Origin: Mayamaea pseudoterrestris
Lineage: Eukaryota
Length of the DNA stretch: 61,468 nucleotides
Reading direction: 5' to 3'
Assembly (NCBI GenBank): GCA_027923505.1
Contig: BROI01000005.1
Span: 1,178,001 to 1,239,468, forward strand
A program made the position numbers and the translations under genes. Shown piece after piece: positions 57,901-61,468 of the stretch. The first letter of the stretch is position 1. Every line of letters starts with the position of its first letter. The notes beneath the pieces were generated by a model that had not been told where the DNA came from, did not search any database, and saw only the letters and a program-made list of their open reading frames with translations.

Positions 57901-59317
57901 CTACCATTACGGAACATTCATGGATGTCAGCAGTTCCTTTGTAATGTCCACGTTGCGTCCTGCTCCATACTACCAGCAGGGCCACCCACCAACGGAAACC
58001 CAATTGTATTCACAATTGCTTCAACGGGCAACGGCGTTGTTGTGTTGGTACGTATCAGCACGATGAAACTTCCCTCGTTTCACCATTTCGTCTCATACTC
58101 GCTCGTCAGCAAGTCCCGCACAATTGTATGCGCCTCGACTCCATTGATGAAAAGCGATAGGAATAATACCTTGCTCCTCCACAATGGTCAATAAATCCTG
58201 CAGATAGCGTTGCTCCGTAATGACATGCTTTCGATACAGCAACATTGGCAACCCGAGGAGCACCTGCTGGTGCCAAACGAAAGTTATGCTTTATTGCTAA
58301 ATGTTTCGTCCGGTCGGACAAACCTAAGAAGTAATCGCGAGGAGACTCGAAATAGGGTGAGACGCCATCGCTGCTTCGATAAAATAGCGGGATGAATAAG
58401 GCCAATGTCTGGTGTAACTTGAAGCTGAGGTAGTTGTGTCATTCTGAATGAGCCGAGCGACAAAGTGTGTTGATAATTTGAAGCATGGACTGACGTTGCT
58501 TGCACCGCCTTGATTCCAGTAACGATATGCTTCTAGCCAGGTGCGCAAATCGCTTGCTTTGTCACCAGGCACAAACTTCAACAGGTCCGGCCCAACCTTA
58601 AAGCTTCAAGTATCCACTCAACTTGTCTTCCTCTTTTGCCAGAACCAAATGTAGACAGAATTGTCTTGATTGCTGGAGGAGGACCAGGCGCAGATCCATC
58701 GTCTACTTTCGCCATGTTAAAAGTGCCGACGCTGTTGAATTCCATCAGTTCGGTAGCACTTTCTCAAAGATGAGTCGCGGACCAAATTTTCGGCAATAAG
58801 CCTTTAGATGTGTTATCGTAATCAAAGATCAGTGAACCGATAAAAGCATCTGCGTCCAGTAGAGCTTGCCGAAACGAAGGGATGAAGACTTAAATCGTTT
58901 GATCCAAACTTGGCAAATTGTTGGCTACCGAATATCCGAATCTGCAAACACATGGAGCTCAATGTCAATATCATCTGCCGCCTTTTATATAGTTCTCGGT
59001 TAAATGACTCGAAAGCCAGCCACTAACACGATTTTCGGGCGCTCAGATGCGGGCAGTCCTCCGTGTCCGATCGTCGAGGGCGATTGGTTTGGGGAAGCGA
59101 AGTTTGACGAAGCTGCATTTCGACAAACTTTGTGCACTACAAAAGCCAAGAGACTCCGCAAGGAACTGGTAGGAAAGAAGGAAGGCGAAGCGGGCGGATC
59201 GATGAGACTGACGAGACGAGTTTGTCCAATGAGAACACAACGTAGTTTTTGTGAATGAACAAACGGGACTGGATGATCAGTTCCTGTTCGTGTCGTGTTT
59301 TTGGCACGCAGCGCCAT
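54928..59317 (-). CDS. CHLH: Magnesium chelatase subunit H family (ChlH2-type), broken by many 1-bp indels (probably sequence error)
   Basis: Collinear fragments across frames: KIVLVAGF(ESFN), AFIGSLIFDYD, SLPELDGAVD, VYGFPPNVGAVGTAALL, LHLGMHGTVEWLPG, KRRGYATIVSY, GVLPTGRNIHALDP, LGRPRIDVL, RSKLLNPKW. 5' end approximate. Confidence 0.9.
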
Positions 59318-59524
59318 GATCCGATCAGAACGGTGACAATCATTTTGATGTCGATGCGTTTTCGGCCGCCATCATTTTCGCTGCGTTATTGCATTCGAGT
59401 CAAGTAACGAACAACCAGCAACCAGATTTTTTCCCCTTGACTCGATGCGCTCATGAACAAGATATTAATATTTGGATAAGCCCGCCAAATCAATTGTTCA
59501 GTGCAGTCGTCAACGAGCCAATCA

Positions 59525-61192
59525 ATGGCGACGGCTACGCTCCTCGGCAAAGCGAAGTCCGATCCAGAACGTCAAGATCACAACAAACGCAACCTCCAAC
59601 AATATAATTCAGAAATTAAGGGACTTCCGATTGGCCAGCCATATTCGCATTACGGCAGACACCAAGGGGGCAATAAGGTGTGATCAGACATGGGCAGAAG
59701 TGTCACCGGATTTGCGACGATCACTCCAAATGGTTTTGCACCCTGTTACGAGACTTTGGAGATTGATTCCGAGATCAAGGACAGAACCGTTTGTCAATCC
59801 GAGAAAGGGAAACTTAATGATCCAAACGACTTACATCCATACCTGCGCTCTCGTTGCTGCAAGCTTGTTTCAAAAGATTAACGACAAACTTGACGACGGT
59901 GCCCCAGAGCCTGCTGCAACGCAAGTATCGCTTTGAGCATTGCGATATGATTGCTCAGAAAAAGAGCAGATACCAGAGTTTCTATAGATAAATCCGGATC
60001 ACGGTAGACCATCCCGCCGATGAGCTTCGCGGCATGGATGAAGCATTTGATTTTGCCGACTGGGCGTACGACGAGTTTGAAGATGACAAAATGGCAAAAG
60101 AGTTGGCCAATCACAAGTTCTACTTGTGGTAAGACTATAATTGTATTTCCTTTGCATTAATCTACTCAAATCACTTAAATCTCACTTAGGTTTGTCGACA
60201 GAGACACGACAAGTTCAAGCTTCCTGGATGGCTCACCGTAAGGTAAAGAGCGTAAGACGGTTTATCAGTATCAGGGTCGTGGTTTTTTGAAGGATTGTGA
60301 CCGATTGTGCGGCCACTCGATCAATATTGGTGGACCATTCATTAGGGACGGTCCCACGCAACTTTATGGCCATGAAGGCATTCTCGCGGCAGCAAATGGT
60401 TGGCTATCAGTCGAGATACTCATCGAGGAACTTTTTACCAAATCGATACAAAATTTTCATCATGTCACATAGTTGGGTGAGGCGTCGTGCTTTGTGGTGT
60501 CATGCGAGCCAGATTCCGATTCCTCGAAACAGGGAAACAGGTGGTCATTATGATGTAGCGAAAGAGAAAGCTGTCACTTATTGCTATCTACATCGTGGTC
60601 GCCGCTATTTTCGCAAAATCCGACAGGTTGTAGCTTTCGCGTCGCCGCCGGTCCTATCACGAGAGCTTTGGCCTGCAGCCTTTTCACGACATTGTCAACA
60701 AAGGACGCCGTCGCACGTGCGTCGCCAATATGATATGCAGAATTTCGGAGTGGGCGAGAAACCGCAGCAAAAAGGCGTGAGTCCTGAAATTTTGTAACGG
60801 GCTTTCGTCCGATGCGTCGAAAGGGCGGTTGGTCAACTTTTAATGACGCAAAAAAAAACGGATGCGCCAACCACTGAGCAGGTTGAGGTCAAGGACCCAT
60901 TATTGTGCTGGCAGAGTGTTTCAATGTAAGGGAAAGGAGGCGCCATCAACAACGGTGGGACGAAGAGTGAAACACGAGGACGGACAGTAAAAGACCGTGG
61001 ATAACTGATGGTACATCATTAATGCTTCAGTATATCGAAATGGAGAGTAACGTAAGTAGCGATCATTGAAAAGTCGTGTGATCGTGAAACGGTTCCTGCT
61101 TCTTTGGGAGCGTTACGGCCTATTTTTTATGCTACCAGCGACCACATATCATCTAGTACCGCAGTTCGATCAGAAGTTTGCTGCAGAATTAG
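59525..61192 (+). CDS. Second class 3 lipase, heavily frameshifted (probably sequence error)
   Basis: Fragments in order: AFDFADWAYDE, YGHEGILAAA, LPNRYKIFIM-xHS (corrupted GHSLG at about 60461-60480), VVAFASPPVLS, ITDGTSLMLQYIEM and DH...YRSSIRSLL. Probable introns near 60129-60189 and from 61052. Confidence 0.7.
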
Positions 61193-61246
61193 CGAAACCG
61201 TTTTAGATTTGTCTGTACTTCAATATTCACTGTAACGACACTGCTC

Positions 61247-61468
61247 CTAACGCGACGATGTTTCTTTGTAGTGCGCTGAGGTTTATCTTCACAATCTTAA
61301 AGTGCCGTTTCGCTTGTCGTCGATGCGGCTTTAGCTTCCATCTCATCCCAATCGAGGCTTGTTCAATCGTCAATTCTTTCGTCAAACTCAGGTTTTGCAG
61401 AACCTTCGTTCTTCCTTATCTTCATCAAACTCAGAGTCGGTACTCGCTTCCTCGTCCTCATCATCGCC
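61247..61468 (-). CDS. SPT16: 3' end of FACT complex subunit SPT16 (partial, with indels)
   Basis: Acidic tract GDDEDEEASTDSEFDED followed by LDWDEMEAKAA, then a basic tail, as in the SPT16 C-terminus. Stop position approximate. Confidence 0.65.

Noticed and set aside
54928..59317. Programmed frameshifting or RNA editing of ChlH
   Set aside because: There are too many shifts in both directions, and neighbouring unrelated genes share them; sequence error is simpler.
8650..61468. Apparent clustering of cell-cycle/replication genes (APC4, BUB3, RFC3, RPA2, SPT16)
   Set aside because: They are interspersed with unrelated genes over more than 50 kb, which is compatible with chance in a gene-dense genome.

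Overview
Gene-dense eukaryotic nuclear DNA with short spliceosomal introns (about 74-190 bp). Bipartite plastid presequences (ASA-F, CAA-F) and the gene families point to a diatom, probably pennate (inference). About 30 protein genes are recognisable: Prp5/DDX46 helicase, P5CS, APC4, a START protein, a GT32 glycosyltransferase, INTS6 with a WW domain, RPC3, an MRS2 Mg transporter with an EF-hand, a DUF3119-like protein, ECI1, two class-3 lipases, a divergent frataxin, a cupin, BUB3, a Sel1-repeat protein, RFC3, an ERD2-like receptor, YOP1/REEP, RPA2, PPCDC, a ChlH paralog and the SPT16 3' end. The best candidate for an undescribed system is a 951-aa protein made of two complete, apparently active L-amino-acid-ligase-type ATP-grasp modules joined by a linker rich in kinase motifs. 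Other notable items: a 1.33-kb TIR element with a TCA target duplication (Harbinger-like) in a bidirectional promoter; a palindrome TACCGGTA found 14 times, mostly just upstream of start codons; a GC-AG intron in P5CS; a nonsense codon in the START gene; and a KEN/D-box coiled-coil gene tail-to-tail with APC4. From about 55.7 kb to the end, three genes carry many 1-bp indels, most likely assembly error. All assignments come from motif recognition by eye; no database searches were run.
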